DNA of 64,000 bases from a virus: the IMG/VR virus record IMGVR_UViG_3300007513_000005, one strand, 5' to 3'. Below, piece by piece: positions 1 through 10,306 of this stretch. A program made the position numbers and the translations under genes. Position 1 is the first letter of the stretch; every line of letters starts with the position of its first letter. Below the pieces are notes generated by a model that was not told where the DNA came from, did no database searches, and saw only the letters and a list, made by a program, of their open reading frames with translations.

Positions 1-3000
1 CAATAGTCTGACGATACTGGCGGGTTTGTGATATCGGTGTGGGGCAATCCCGTCCCGCGAAATGCTAAAGCTTGATATACGCCGTTGGTACTTGTCCATC
101 CATACTGAAATGGCGTTGGGCCTGTGGAGACAGCTGTGGCACCTATAAAAGAATCCACAAAAGATTTTGAATACCCCGATCTATCAACAGCTTCGGCGGC
201 GTACGTATTTGCTGTTGCTGTGGAGACCGCCGTTGTAAACCCTAACCCGATATTGAAAAGTGATGCAGTGAGCTGATGTCCTGGTCCGAGGGCGCCTAAA
301 TACCCACTGTCTCCAGTAATCGCTTTATCTGCGGCAAAATTATTCTTATATACAGTGATGGTCGACAAACTCGAAGTTAAGGTCGATGTGTTTGACCCGA
401 CGTCAAGATCTTGATTTGTAAGTGTGTGCGGATACTGATGGAAATTGATTCCAGCATAGTTTACAATTGGGTTCCCAAATGCGGCAGCGCCTGGAAAAGG
501 CGTACTTGCTGATAAAAACTCATAAGTTCTCTCATACCTCAATGACCCTGTAGTGTTGCCACCCAGAGCAGCCTGTGTAAATGAATGTAAGTGCCCTGCA
601 AACTCTATCTTCGGTCTACCTGCGGTGTTTAAAGACGCCGTAATCCAAGCATACTGATAGTCGTTTTGTGGAATCGGATGCTGAACGAACAAGTTATCCT
701 TATTGATATCCGTCTCTCCACTGTACTTCTGTCCTGACATTGACCTTCTGTGTCTTGGGTTCGCATTAACCTTGTGGTTTGTTACAAGACTGTTGGAGTC
801 TTTATTGCTAGCAGACTGAGGCAGTTTGCTCAAGAAATTCATCGGACCTCTAACAGAAAGATTTCGATAGTTTAAGGAATTGTAAACAGAATATTGGTTA
901 GTTTCTCTATCCAACCCATGTCCGCCTCTACTATTTCCTGCCACCTCTGTGCCACCTGGCGATGCAAAGCGTGCTTTAAATACTGTTTTCCTGACTGGTC
1001 TGGCAAATCGAGCGAATTCTTTTACGCCTGGAATGCCTGTTGAATTTGACGATGTCATTTGTTCAAGATTGTCTACGAGAAAATCTTTTCTTTGATCTTC
1101 CGAAGTATATTGCACAATATCATACATATGGTTATAATTTCCCAAGGAAATACTAGATGTTGTGCTTTGTATATTGTCAATATTGACAGGGCGTTTTGCG
1201 AGTGGTCCTCTTAAAACTTGCGCATGTTGAATGCTATGATCTATAATAGGCAGATTTGAGTCATCCAATCCCGTTGCATTTGGAGGCAGAACATATAATC
1301 CATCAACTCCGCCAGTAAAATCCGTCTTTGTCAGACCTGGATCGCCAGAATCCGTAATCGTAATAGTTGTGTTACCGCTCGCACCTTCCACGTTTTGTGT
1401 CACCTGGACGACTGTAGAGGCAATTCTTGCAGCGGTCAGTCTGCTATTGCCATTTAAACATGCCGCGATGGCCAGTGCGGTTGCAGCTGCGGTTCCTACT
1501 GCAAACGTCGGATTATTGATGTCCGTAGTTGTAGTTGTGGATCCATGTGCGGTTGCCGTTATTACAGTTCCGTCTGTAGCGATAACTTGAATAGTGTCAG
1601 ATGTGTTAATCTCTGTATGATCACTGACTGTAATTGTTGCTGTCGCTGATTCAAAACCCGTTGCAATCTTGAACGCCTCGGATCTACTACGCCCATCCTT
1701 CTTGTTTTCAATATTACCCAATAAGGACCCAGATAAATCTTGATGCCTATGAGCGTTGCCGCCTACCCAGCGTTCTGTAAATGGAGACTGGAGTGTCACC
1801 TCTCTGTCGTCACCATACTCGTCAGAGTGTAAATTTGTTATATCAACACCCTTCTTAAAATTAAGATACAGTGACGCTTTGTAATCAGTTGGTGCATCGA
1901 TGGAACTACTGTATATCGTAAATGGAGCGATATCATTTATGTCCCTATCTTTATGCGTAAAAGCAATATCAGCTGGTGCATGGATCTTATGCTTCTTGTG
2001 GGGGTTAATTACGTCCTTACACGCCGTTGAAGCAGCTTCTGATGCTGTGACCGCAATATGTGTTTTCTCGTGCGCAGAAGTGACGCCAGTGTAAAATCTT
2101 TTCTTTTTATTGCCAAAGGTGTTATCTCCACCCTTCGCATGGCGTTGGTCCTCTACTGTTAAACGATATGGTCTGGATAGTCTTCTTGTTGCATAAGTTG
2201 ATCCCGAAACAGAAGTAATTGATGCCCTTCTGATAATTTCTCTATCCGAGTCCGTCTCCAAAGTACCTGAAACAAAAAGGTCTGTATTTCGTTGTGCTCT
2301 CTCGCTTGTCCATAGACAATTCTTGTTGTTCGGACTTCCCAACGGAGCATGTCCACGATTCCAGTCGTATAACAATTCATTAATCGCTCTTATCTGTCCG
2401 AGTGGTTCAACCTTTTTAAGTTCTAGGGTTGGATACTTAGACTGGAATTTGTTCCTTTCTAGAATATGACTCTCTATGACATTTCTTATATCTTCAGATG
2501 CAGCAACAGATGCAGGCACAAACTGATCGATCATAACGGAAAGCGAGGAATCCAACCACTTGTAGTATTCCATAAACCTCTCAATGTCTGGTGAGTTACC
2601 CACTCTGTCAAAGAACATTTGACGCAACTTAGATAGACCCTTATAGTCCTGCCTGAACCTTTCTACTGGGGCGCCGATGGCGTTATTGAAATCGTTAATA
2701 CCTGCAAAGAAGTTTAACATCTCATCCGAAACAACTGCATACATACTCTTCTCGAAAGAGAAATAATAATCTGTTGGTTTCGTCTCTCTTGTGAAAACTA
2801 CATCATCGTTAAGGGAGATATTGACCATATCGCCAGAGCGTACGTTCTCAAGTGGTTGTAACTTGGCTGCCTGGTCAAATTCAACGTCAATACTGCCTGT
2901 ACCTATCGTTCCGAAAGATATACCCTTTGCAGGATGCATATACTTAATTGTATCTTCGATTGAACCACCGACAAGGTTTGAGTCTACGGAACCAGAAGAT

Positions 3001-5792
3001 ACGTCTGTCACCCACATCTCACCATTGGTATTGGATCCTGTCAAACTTTCAAAGTTCCAATTGATGGTGAGCAATTCCGATCTAGGAGTGTGACACCCAC
3101 CTGCGTTTCCTAGAGGCAAGATATCCCTAGTTGGGTTGGTTACACCGAAAGATTTTGGATCAATCGTATGCTGATGTAATTCATCATCACTTAAGAATGT
3201 CAACCAGTGTCTGAAATTTGTTGCTTTTATATCCGACCGTTGCAATATGCCGCCGTCGAAGTCTGTCCTATGCGTACCCACATAAAACCTTCTGGATGCC
3301 TGCGTAAAGGCGGCGCCCACTGCCTGAGACATAGAACTACTAATTATGTGCTGCTGGTCTATCTGATTACCGATTGCATTAATGCAAGCAAGTTCAATGA
3401 AATAAGATGTAGCAGATCCACTAACGTTCATCGCATCTGGGTTTAATCTATTTTCAAGCCTGGTGCGAACTGCAACATGCCATCTTCTGGATGTGTACAG
3501 ATCAGGAATAAACTCCGTTTCGATCGGATCGAATAGACCATTTCTACACGTCAAGACGAACTTGGCAGTTGTTGAATTCTGAGTGTCTTTGACTGCATAT
3601 ACTTGAAAGTTAGCATCATCGTCTCCGACAGCTGTCCAAGCATGTGAAGTGCCGTTCTGACCTGCAGTATTGGTGCGGACTGCGTGACAACCAAACAAAC
3701 TAGAACTCAACGGCGTACTGCGATAAAAATCATGTTCTATAGGGTATCTATTGGGGAAAAATATCTGTGCCTGAGTTGTCGATCCAGCTGGTAAAGCAGA
3801 AGATCCCGTCACATACCCTCTTGCATCCTTTTGTCTGTAAGTGCCTGGTAGACTAGCCGTTTGAAAAACGGTTGCGTCTGTACTCGATTCGGAATCAAAG
3901 TTTACATACTTGTTCTTCACTGTTGAATGAATGTAACTGTTTTCGAGCGGATATACAGAATCTGTCGAATAAAGATTCATCTTTATCAATTCACTATCTA
4001 CACCAAAGCATCTGAACAGGTTTCTAAATGATCTTTCCGTTCCCTTCGATTTGTAAATACTGTTAATGTTATTGTATATGTTGTTGTATATAAAGTTTTT
4101 AACGTTGTGTAATTTTTCCCTAAATTTGTCTTCTTCATTCCGATCATTGAAAATGTTGATCGTATCCTTGTCCAAGAAAAGTTCTGGAGTGACAAGACCC
4201 AAAGACTCCAACTTTACATTGTTGAACGGGTGCGGTTTATATTTAAGGTCTGGGTATTTATTTTCCTTGACGTCCTTCATTTCCTTTATTTGAATGAATA
4301 GACTGTCAAAATAGCTCGCCATGATCTGTGTTATTTTTCTTAATTCGTGTCCGTTCTCCTGACCATCTTCATCAACGATCCAATCTGGGATTGAATAATA
4401 AAGACTTGAATTGTTGGTTAGGTCAAAAGCATACCCCTCTTCCAATGAACTTGTCGTAAATGCCACCACGTCTGGATGCGTGGAGTACAGAATAGGGTCT
4501 CTGAATTCCTTAAAAGAGGCAGAGGACTCCGTAATTGCCGATCCAGTGTGACGACCTACCGAAGCATATCCAACCCAATCACCATTAGATACTCTACCAG
4601 AGTAGTCTAAAACTATATTGTCGATTCCAGAATCGCCTACCAGACCTTCATTGAATTTATAATAAACCCCCAATGATGAATTTTCCACATTCTTATTGGT
4701 GCCTGCGCCGATCTGATGATTGTAGAATCTGCCAACCTCTTTAGAGTTCCTTGCTGTTTTCCAAAATCGAAATTCATCCAAAGATCCAGACAACTTACCA
4801 TACCCGCGTCCAGGGTATTGTGGCCTGTCACTAGCAGCGTTGCCTGCGCCCAATTCTCTGGCGTCTTTGTAAGCGACCAGGGATCCAATTGTTCCTACCA
4901 TTGCAGTGTTAAGGGTGCCAACGGAACTGCCTGTCATTATAGTTTGATGCAATTCACCGTCGACATAGGATCTAAGTCGCACCGAACTAGAAACATTTTG
5001 CATCGTAAATGAATAATGGTGCCATGCGTCATCTGAACCGCTCGTGTAAAGGGCAGGTTTACCAACTCTGACATCTTTAAATCCCGTGGTTCCAGACTGA
5101 TATGTTACAAGAAATGGTGATTTAGCAGAATCACTACTGTCCAATTCTATAGTGAATCGACCATATTTGTGCTCACCCTCAACCGAACCAGTAGTAGTAA
5201 AGTCAAACACTACCTCTCTTTTGGTCTTTGACGTTCCAACAAATTCTGGTTTTTTCAACCAAAACTCTACAGTATTTCCATTTTGTCCATTAATTTCAAG
5301 ATTAGAAAACCTAGAACTTGCAGTGTGAAATATGTTCCCTACGTTCGGACCACCCTTGATAAAGATATATTCCTTAGTTGCAGGATTGCCATAGTTGCCA
5401 GATACCGATGTTCTAGTGCCCCAACCACCGCCTGCTCTGTTTTCCGAAAGTTTAATGTACCCTGTTGTTCTTGGATATTCATTCTCAAAGAGATGTAGGT
5501 CGAAACCACTTGAGTCATTGAAGAATCTTAATTTCTCTCTTAAGGTACCATCATAAGGGTAGAGTTGCTGGATTCTTTTTATACCTGCATCATAGTATTC
5601 TTCCAGGGAACCATATTGAACAAATTCTTCTGGAACAGAAAAGTCTGTGTGAGATTTTACTCGAACTTTATCCTTGATATATTCTTCAATATATCCAACG
5701 GACTCCACGTCCGATAGGTACGCCGAAAAATCTCTTTTGGATTCTGTTTTTTGAGAACCCCCACCTCTTCCAAATAAACTTTTAAGACTCAT
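1..5792 (-). CDS. Giant virion/baseplate wedge-like protein (>1900 aa, truncated at window edge) with LamG-like domain
   Basis: Manually translated from ATG at 5792 (MSLKSLFGRGG...). The frame was checked open at ~4800, ~4030, ~2700, ~1640 and positions 3-32. The track lists no ORF ending at a stop in this frame, consistent with run-off. It contains LamG-like TVEFWLKK and SLDEFRFWKTARNSKEV, a KSKGTERSFRNLFRCFG motif like P2 gpI/T4 gp7-type wedge proteins, and IESHILERNK. It lies downstream of the gp25/gp6-like genes. Confidence 0.75.
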   Translation of the reverse strand, partial: MSLKSLFGRGGGSQKTESKRDFSAYLSDVESVGYIEEYIKDKVRVKSHTDFSVPEEFVQYGSLEEYYDAGIKRIQQLYPYDGTLREKLRFFNDSSGFDLHLFENEYPRTTGYIKLSENRAGGGWGTRTSVSGNYGNPATKEYIFIKGGPNVGNIFHTASSRFSNLEINGQNGNTVEFWLKKPEFVGTSKTKREVVFDFTTTGSVEGEHKYGRFTIELDSSDSAKSPFLVTYQSGTTGFKDVRVGKPALYTSGSDDAWHHYSFTMQNVSSSVRLRSYVDGELHQTIMTGSSVGTLNTAMVGTIGSLVAYKDARELGAGNAASDRPQYPGRGYGKLSGSLDEFRFWKTARNSKEVGRFYNHQIGAGTNKNVENSSLGVYYKFNEGLVGDSGIDNIVLDYSGRVSNGDWVGYASVGRHTGSAITESSASFKEFRDPILYSTHPDVVAFTTSSLEEGYAFDLTNNSSLYYSIPDWIVDEDGQENGHELRKITQIMASYFDSLFIQIKEMKDVKENKYPDLKYKPHPFNNVKLESLGLVTPELFLDKDTINIFNDRNEEDKFREKLHNVKNFIYNNIYNNINSIYKSKGTERSFRNLFRCFGVDSELIKMNLYSTDSVYPLENSYIHSTVKNKYVNFDSESSTDATVFQTASLPGTYRQKDARGYVTGSSALPAGSTTQAQIFFPNRYPIEHDFYRSTPLSSSLFGCHAVRTNTAGQNGTSHAWTAVGDDDANFQVYAVKDTQNSTTAKFVLTCRNGLFDPIETEFIPDLYTSRRWHVAVRTRLENRLNPDAMNVSGSATSYFIELACINAIGNQIDQQHIISSSMSQAVGAAFTQASRRFYVGTHRTDFDGGILQRSDIKATNFRHWLTFLSDDELHQHTIDPKSFGVTNPTRDILPLGNAGGCHTPRSELLTINWNFESLTGSNTNGEMWVTDVSSGSVDSNLVGGSIEDTIKYMHPAKGISFGTIGTGSIDVEFDQAAKLQPLENVRSGDMVNISLNDDVVFTRETKPTDYYFSFEKSMYAVVSDEMLNFFAGINDFNNAIGAPVERFRQDYKGLSKLRQMFFDRVGNSPDIERFMEYYKWLDSSLSVMIDQFVPASVAASEDIRNVIESHILERNKFQSKYPTLELKKVEPLGQIRAINELLYDWNRGHAPLGSPNNKNCLWTSERAQRNTDLFVSGTLETDSDREIIRRASITSVSGSTYATRRLSRPYRLTVEDQRHAKGGDNTFGNKKKRFYTGVTSAHEKTHIAVTASEAASTACKDVINPHKKHKIHAPADIAFTHKDRDINDIAPFTIYSSSIDAPTDYKASLYLNFKKGVDITNLHSDEYGDDREVTLQSPFTERWVGGNAHRHQDLSGSLLGNIENKKDGRSRSEAFKIATGFESATATITVSDHTEINTSDTIQVIATDGTVITATAHGSTTTTTDINNPTFAVGTAAATALAIAACLNGNSRLTAARIASTVVQVTQNVEGASGNTTITITDSGDPGLTKTDFTGGVDGLYVLPPNATGLDDSNLPIIDHSIQHAQVLRGPLAKRPVNIDNIQSTTSSISLGNYNHMYDIVQYTSEDQRKDFLVDNLEQMTSSNSTGIPGVKEFARFARPVRKTVFKARFASPGGTEVAGNSRGGHGLDRETNQYSVYNSLNYRNLSVRGPMNFLSKLPQSASNKDSNSLVTNHKVNANPRHRRSMSGQKYSGETDINKDNLFVQHPIPQNDYQYAWITASLNTAGRPKIEFAGHLHSFTQAALGGNTTGSLRYERTYEFLSASTPFPGAAAFGNPIVNYAGINFHQYPHTLTNQDLDVGSNTSTLTSSLSTITVYKNNFAADKAITGDSGYLGALGPGHQLTASLFNIGLGFTTAVSTATANTYAAEAVDRSGYSKSFVDSFIGATAVSTGPTPFQYGWTSTNGVYQALAFRGTGLPHTDITNPPVSSDY

Positions 5793-5794
5793 AA

Positions 5795-8110
5795 TTATTC
5801 AACTCTAAATTTAAACTCATCCTTATTAACGATGTTTTGACCATAACTATCCGTAGAGACCTCTAGTGCGTACATGTACCCAGGCTCAAATAGAGACATA
5901 TCAAGCTTGAAAAAACTTCCGCTTGAATCATATGACATCTTACTGTGTGGAATACTTCCTGAACCATACGATACAACCTCCTCTCCATCAATAACCCTAT
6001 ACGCCCGATAATATACATTATACAACACTTCATTCTGTAATTTATTACTTGCTACAGTATATATGTTTGGTTGGTGATCTTTTCTTCTCACATTAAGTCT
6101 CAATGATGGATTATCCTTGGTTCTATACACAGGTTTTAGATTAGACAAGGACACCACATACTCTTCATCTGCATTGCTATATGGGAGAGGTGTGTGTGTC
6201 TTGACATATATTGCGGATCCTGTAAACAACTCATGCTTACCGCCATTGTGACTACTATCCGTATGAGACCAGACATCATAAACCTTTGTGTGAGAACCTG
6301 TGGTTGCTAATGATGCGCTGTAAATCCCTGTTTCATGTAAGTAACATTCCGCAAAGTCTTGTGCCTGACCGTCAGCAAAGGTATTGCTTGGCACTGATAC
6401 GTTCGTCACCGATGCCATACTAAGCGCTTTGTTGCCTGCGGTTCCAATAGCGTTCTGGGTGACTGTCACGGTACCGTCGCCGTTGTCTACTGCGGTAACT
6501 GCTAAACTGGTGTTCGCAATAGATTGTTGTATTCTTTCTGCAATTCCAGCATTGTTGCCAAGCACAGAGAAAATACCAACAGTGGACGTGGTTGAACTAT
6601 TTGCTGCGACTGAATTGTTCCCCTGTTGGAATGTAAACGTAACGGATGCGTCAGCAGAATCGGTCATCGTAAAAGTCTCAGCATTTCCAGGATTACCAGC
6701 AACGGTTATAGTTGCCTTTGCGCGTCCATCCTGAACGCCGCCTCCAACTGGTAGAACAATTGCTTTTGAACTAGACTTGAGGTCTGGATACAATCTAACT
6801 CTCATTAGCGCTTCGCCTGTAGATTGATCGGCACCATTGGGATCAGTCTTTAGTGCTGGAATGTTGGATAACCCCCTGCGAGTATAGTTGTACATGTATA
6901 ACTGGTTTAGGTTCTCGGGTCCTGTTGCCAAAGATGAACTCTTGTAAAAGTTTGCTCTATCATCTCCTATCGAATCATCAAATCTCGCCTCGATACAAGG
7001 TCTCTTGAAGAAAAACTCCGTACCTCTAGCAAAAAATTTCTTAGTGTAGTATGACCTCTGTCGAGAACCATCCTCATAAGACCCTGACATCTTGATCATT
7101 ACGCCATAATTCTCACGATCAGGATCAACGGTCGACTCTGCAGCAATCCATTCTTCGACCAATGCAGTTATATTAACCAACACATCTTCTGTTCCATCGG
7201 TCAAATCAAATTTGTAGTGTGGTAGGTTTTCTCCAGCAGTGTATCCAACTTCATGAAAGTCACCGCCTTGGGTGGTCCAGCGAGATCTACCACCTCTCTG
7301 AACTTTTGTCAGTGTAAAGTGGGACGAATTTGAAATACTCTCTGGTATAATGGATCCAGAGGTGCCACCGACAACAGTGTTAGTGAGTCTAACTGTTGCG
7401 TTTGTGGAATCGCCCGTATCTTCGTTTGAGATAGATGCAGATAGATTTACACCAACAAGTGCGTCGACAGCTGTCTTTACCTGTTTCGCGAACTTTCTAA
7501 CATTCGCTGGTCCTGCCTGGTCTAATTGAACCTCGACTTCCGTGCCGTCAAGAGATGGTGCTGAACCAGTTCCATCGTTATCAAACCAAAAATTGTATCT
7601 CTGATCTTCTTTGTTGTCATCTAGGACTTGAACTGAAAAATATTTGCCATCATAATGCGATAGGTTTGTTGAAACAAATTTGATATCTGTTATATCCGCC
7701 ACCTTTGTGTCATTTCGAAATATCCAGTTTGAAACGTCAAGGTCAGAATACTCCTCCATATCCAGACCAGACCCTTCATCCCAAGAAGCTGAAATTGGTA
7801 AGATTGCCAAGGTTGAATCCTTTGGCAGAGTCTGACCATGTTCGGCATTATGTAATCTCAAAAAGAACCTAACGCTGCCCGATGCGGGGATAGTAGAATT
7901 AGTCCTATCTGTTGCGATCTTTGATATATCAAATTTTATGAGTGCTCTAGATTTCTCCAATGATCCAGACGAAGCCTGTCCAAATATAGAAAAAACTTCT
8001 AAGATATCTGAACGACCTGCATTCGATCCCGTTCCCCTGGTCGTCAACACTGAACTAAATGCATTGTTGATCGTGTTGTCGCCGTTTGAAAAATACCTCT
8101 TTATACTCAT
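5795..8110 (-). CDS. Virion structural protein with DNRLRE-like N-terminal domain and two inserted modules
   Basis: 771 aa. SRALIKFDIS...LRLHNA...LPISASWDEG resembles the DNRLRE-type pattern. It sits between baseplate genes. Confidence 0.55.
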   Translation of the reverse strand: MSIKRYFSNGDNTINNAFSSVLTTRGTGSNAGRSDILEVFSIFGQASSGSLEKSRALIKFDISKIATDRTNSTIPASGSVRFFLRLHNAEHGQTLPKDSTLAILPISASWDEGSGLDMEEYSDLDVSNWIFRNDTKVADITDIKFVSTNLSHYDGKYFSVQVLDDNKEDQRYNFWFDNDGTGSAPSLDGTEVEVQLDQAGPANVRKFAKQVKTAVDALVGVNLSASISNEDTGDSTNATVRLTNTVVGGTSGSIIPESISNSSHFTLTKVQRGGRSRWTTQGGDFHEVGYTAGENLPHYKFDLTDGTEDVLVNITALVEEWIAAESTVDPDRENYGVMIKMSGSYEDGSRQRSYYTKKFFARGTEFFFKRPCIEARFDDSIGDDRANFYKSSSLATGPENLNQLYMYNYTRRGLSNIPALKTDPNGADQSTGEALMRVRLYPDLKSSSKAIVLPVGGGVQDGRAKATITVAGNPGNAETFTMTDSADASVTFTFQQGNNSVAANSSTTSTVGIFSVLGNNAGIAERIQQSIANTSLAVTAVDNGDGTVTVTQNAIGTAGNKALSMASVTNVSVPSNTFADGQAQDFAECYLHETGIYSASLATTGSHTKVYDVWSHTDSSHNGGKHELFTGSAIYVKTHTPLPYSNADEEYVVSLSNLKPVYRTKDNPSLRLNVRRKDHQPNIYTVASNKLQNEVLYNVYYRAYRVIDGEEVVSYGSGSIPHSKMSYDSSGSFFKLDMSLFEPGYMYALEVSTDSYGQNIVNKDEFKFRVE

Positions 8111-9900
8111 AATACGGTCCCCTGAATGTCTGCATTGGGATACTTGAGTTCATATATGTGATCAAACGGAATAGTTAGAGTCCTACCATCCATGCTTAAA
8201 TTCTGTTCTATCTCATAAAAGAGAGTAGAGTATTGTTCTCCTTCCATATTTCGTACCGAGACATCCGTCACGTCGACGACGAAATCTAGATTGCCTAAAA
8301 GTTTGTAAATATCGTTTAAGTACAGTGCTTCTCCAAGTTCTGGGTGGATTCTAAAATATTCAGAAATCTCCCTGTTACAAACTGTGATTGCTTCGGACGA
8401 AGTATAACTTCCGTCTGTTACGACCTGATAATCTATCCCAATGTTTATTATTCTCGCGTCCAAGATATCAAAAGTATCCGCCATCATTCTATAATGCTCG
8501 ATCCAGGTCTTTAAATTATTCTTAAGGGTCAAATTACAATCAGTCAAGTTTCCACTCAAATCTTCCGAAGTGACATAGAGGTTTATGTTTCTCTTAAAAG
8601 AATCTTTATCGACAGCAACCGCACACCTCTTTATTGCTCCAAACTTCGCTGGCATGCTGTAGACCATAGATTTATAATCCTGCATTGTCACTGCACGGTT
8701 TTGAGAAGCAAATTGGTTTTTTGCCCTAACTATAATTTCATCCGTATCTGGAATTTCCAGATCTCCCAAAATTTGCTCTGGGTTGTGTACCTCTACAGAA
8801 GTGACAACCAGACTTCTTTTGGACTGTAACAAGATTGACTCATCAGGAAAAGCAAGCACAGGGTTTGTGACGACATTCACGCTTCCAATGCTTGCATTTG
8901 TCACGTCCTTATCATCTCTCCTTACTCTGACTGACAATGTTGTGTTGGCAGGAGAGACTCCCATTTTTGTTGTAGACGTTAAATTTGTCGGATCAAACTC
9001 GTTATCAGAAACATACTGACTTCCAAACTGATTTAATACGACTTTTGAAGGATCTTCGTAAGATCCCGAAATAATATCATTATCACTACCTTGACCAAAC
9101 TGAAGTTCTACTCCGTTTTGAAAAAAACTTGCAACATACCTCCTCGGTACCGTTAAAGGTTTTATGATATTTTTAACCCTCTCGCTGTCTGGGTTCCTAT
9201 TTGCCAAGTCGACATATATTACATCTTGCGATAAATGATCCACTTCGTAATACCGATGCCCTTCCTCGTCAACGACATCAACGATTTCAGAAGCATTTTC
9301 CACATTAAGAGTGATGGTTTTAAATCTTTCGAACGCACCAGTAGAAATCGAGATCGATTCAACGAATCCAGACTTTATCTGACCCAGTGCCCTAATTGCG
9401 TACTCAGAAGGGGCGCCCGTATCTGGGTTGGTTGCTGCGACGATTGTTTCGTTTTCGGGTGATGAAAAGTCAACATCCTCAATCAACGTATAGCGGCCGC
9501 CATCAACACTTGCAAATTCACTCCCCTGTTTTAAGACGGGTATATAATTTGTGTCTGGTGTATTTGTTATTGAATTTACTGGGACTGTAATATAAAATTC
9601 ACAGATACCATAAGATGTGATTGCTTCCGAGTATTTATACCCCATTGATCTTGCAAGAGATATCACGTTCTGCTTCTCAACAGCAGTCTCTAGAAAACTT
9701 TCATTTACCTGGTAGTCCAAGTAGTATGATAAAACGTCTCCAACATAAGCTACCGAATCCAATAACAAAGACCCGAAAGATGCTTCCGAAAAGTCCTGGT
9801 ATGTGTCTGGGTAATATCTTCTGGCGTGCTCAACAAGGCGTGCCTTTATTGAATTAAAATCTCTCGCTGTGTATGAAATGGGTATCTTCTTCTTTGGCAT
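8107..9900 (-). CDS. Baseplate wedge subunit, T4 gp6 / baseplate J-like
   Basis: YTARDFNSIK...DFSEASFGSLLLDSVAYVGDVLSYYLDYQVNESFLETA...LARSMGY and RAVTMQDY are characteristic gp6-like motifs. ATG at 9900 (the track starts at TTG 9903). Confidence 0.85.
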   Translation of the reverse strand: MPKKKIPISYTARDFNSIKARLVEHARRYYPDTYQDFSEASFGSLLLDSVAYVGDVLSYYLDYQVNESFLETAVEKQNVISLARSMGYKYSEAITSYGICEFYITVPVNSITNTPDTNYIPVLKQGSEFASVDGGRYTLIEDVDFSSPENETIVAATNPDTGAPSEYAIRALGQIKSGFVESISISTGAFERFKTITLNVENASEIVDVVDEEGHRYYEVDHLSQDVIYVDLANRNPDSERVKNIIKPLTVPRRYVASFFQNGVELQFGQGSDNDIISGSYEDPSKVVLNQFGSQYVSDNEFDPTNLTSTTKMGVSPANTTLSVRVRRDDKDVTNASIGSVNVVTNPVLAFPDESILLQSKRSLVVTSVEVHNPEQILGDLEIPDTDEIIVRAKNQFASQNRAVTMQDYKSMVYSMPAKFGAIKRCAVAVDKDSFKRNINLYVTSEDLSGNLTDCNLTLKNNLKTWIEHYRMMADTFDILDARIINIGIDYQVVTDGSYTSSEAITVCNREISEYFRIHPELGEALYLNDIYKLLGNLDFVVDVTDVSVRNMEGEQYSTLFYEIEQNLSMDGRTLTIPFDHIYELKYPNADIQGTVL

Positions 9901-9913
9901 CAAAAATCCTCTC

Positions 9914-9923
9914 TATAAATAGT
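9914..9923 (-). promoter_or_regulatory. Candidate late promoter ACTATTTATA
   Basis: Upstream of the gp6-like gene. ACTATTTA recurs at 54616-54625 and 58946-58955, also just upstream of genes. Confidence 0.5.
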
Positions 9924-10306
9924 CATCGAACTGAATTTACATCTAATGATAAATTAAGGATATCGTCAGACAAAATCCCCTCTATGTTATAAGATAACTT
10001 AATGTTCAGTACGTGTTCTTCGATAAAAACGCTCAAATTTCTTATAACTACCGCAGGCATGTATGTGTCAATCTGGGTTGCGATCCTGTTTTCAAGTTCT
10101 GCTACCACCCTATGTGATTCGTTTTCGAAGAGAAAAGTTCTTACACCTACGCCGAAGTCTGGATTCATCACCCTTTCGCCTGGATTAGTTAAAAGTAAAT
10201 TCTTTAGGTTTTGTTTCGTGTTTTCTGCCAAGGTCTTGTTTAATCCAATACATCCCTCTGCTTTTGAGACAGCAACTGGTAACTTTGGGCTGATTCCCAC
10301 ACTCAT
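9923..10306 (-). CDS. Baseplate wedge protein, gp25/GpW-like
   Basis: 127 aa. QNLKNLLLTNPGERVMNPDFGVGVRTFLFE is the typical gp25-family motif. Adjacent to the gp6-like gene. Confidence 0.9.
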   Translation of the reverse strand: MSVGISPKLPVAVSKAEGCIGLNKTLAENTKQNLKNLLLTNPGERVMNPDFGVGVRTFLFENESHRVVAELENRIATQIDTYMPAVVIRNLSVFIEEHVLNIKLSYNIEGILSDDILNLSLDVNSVR

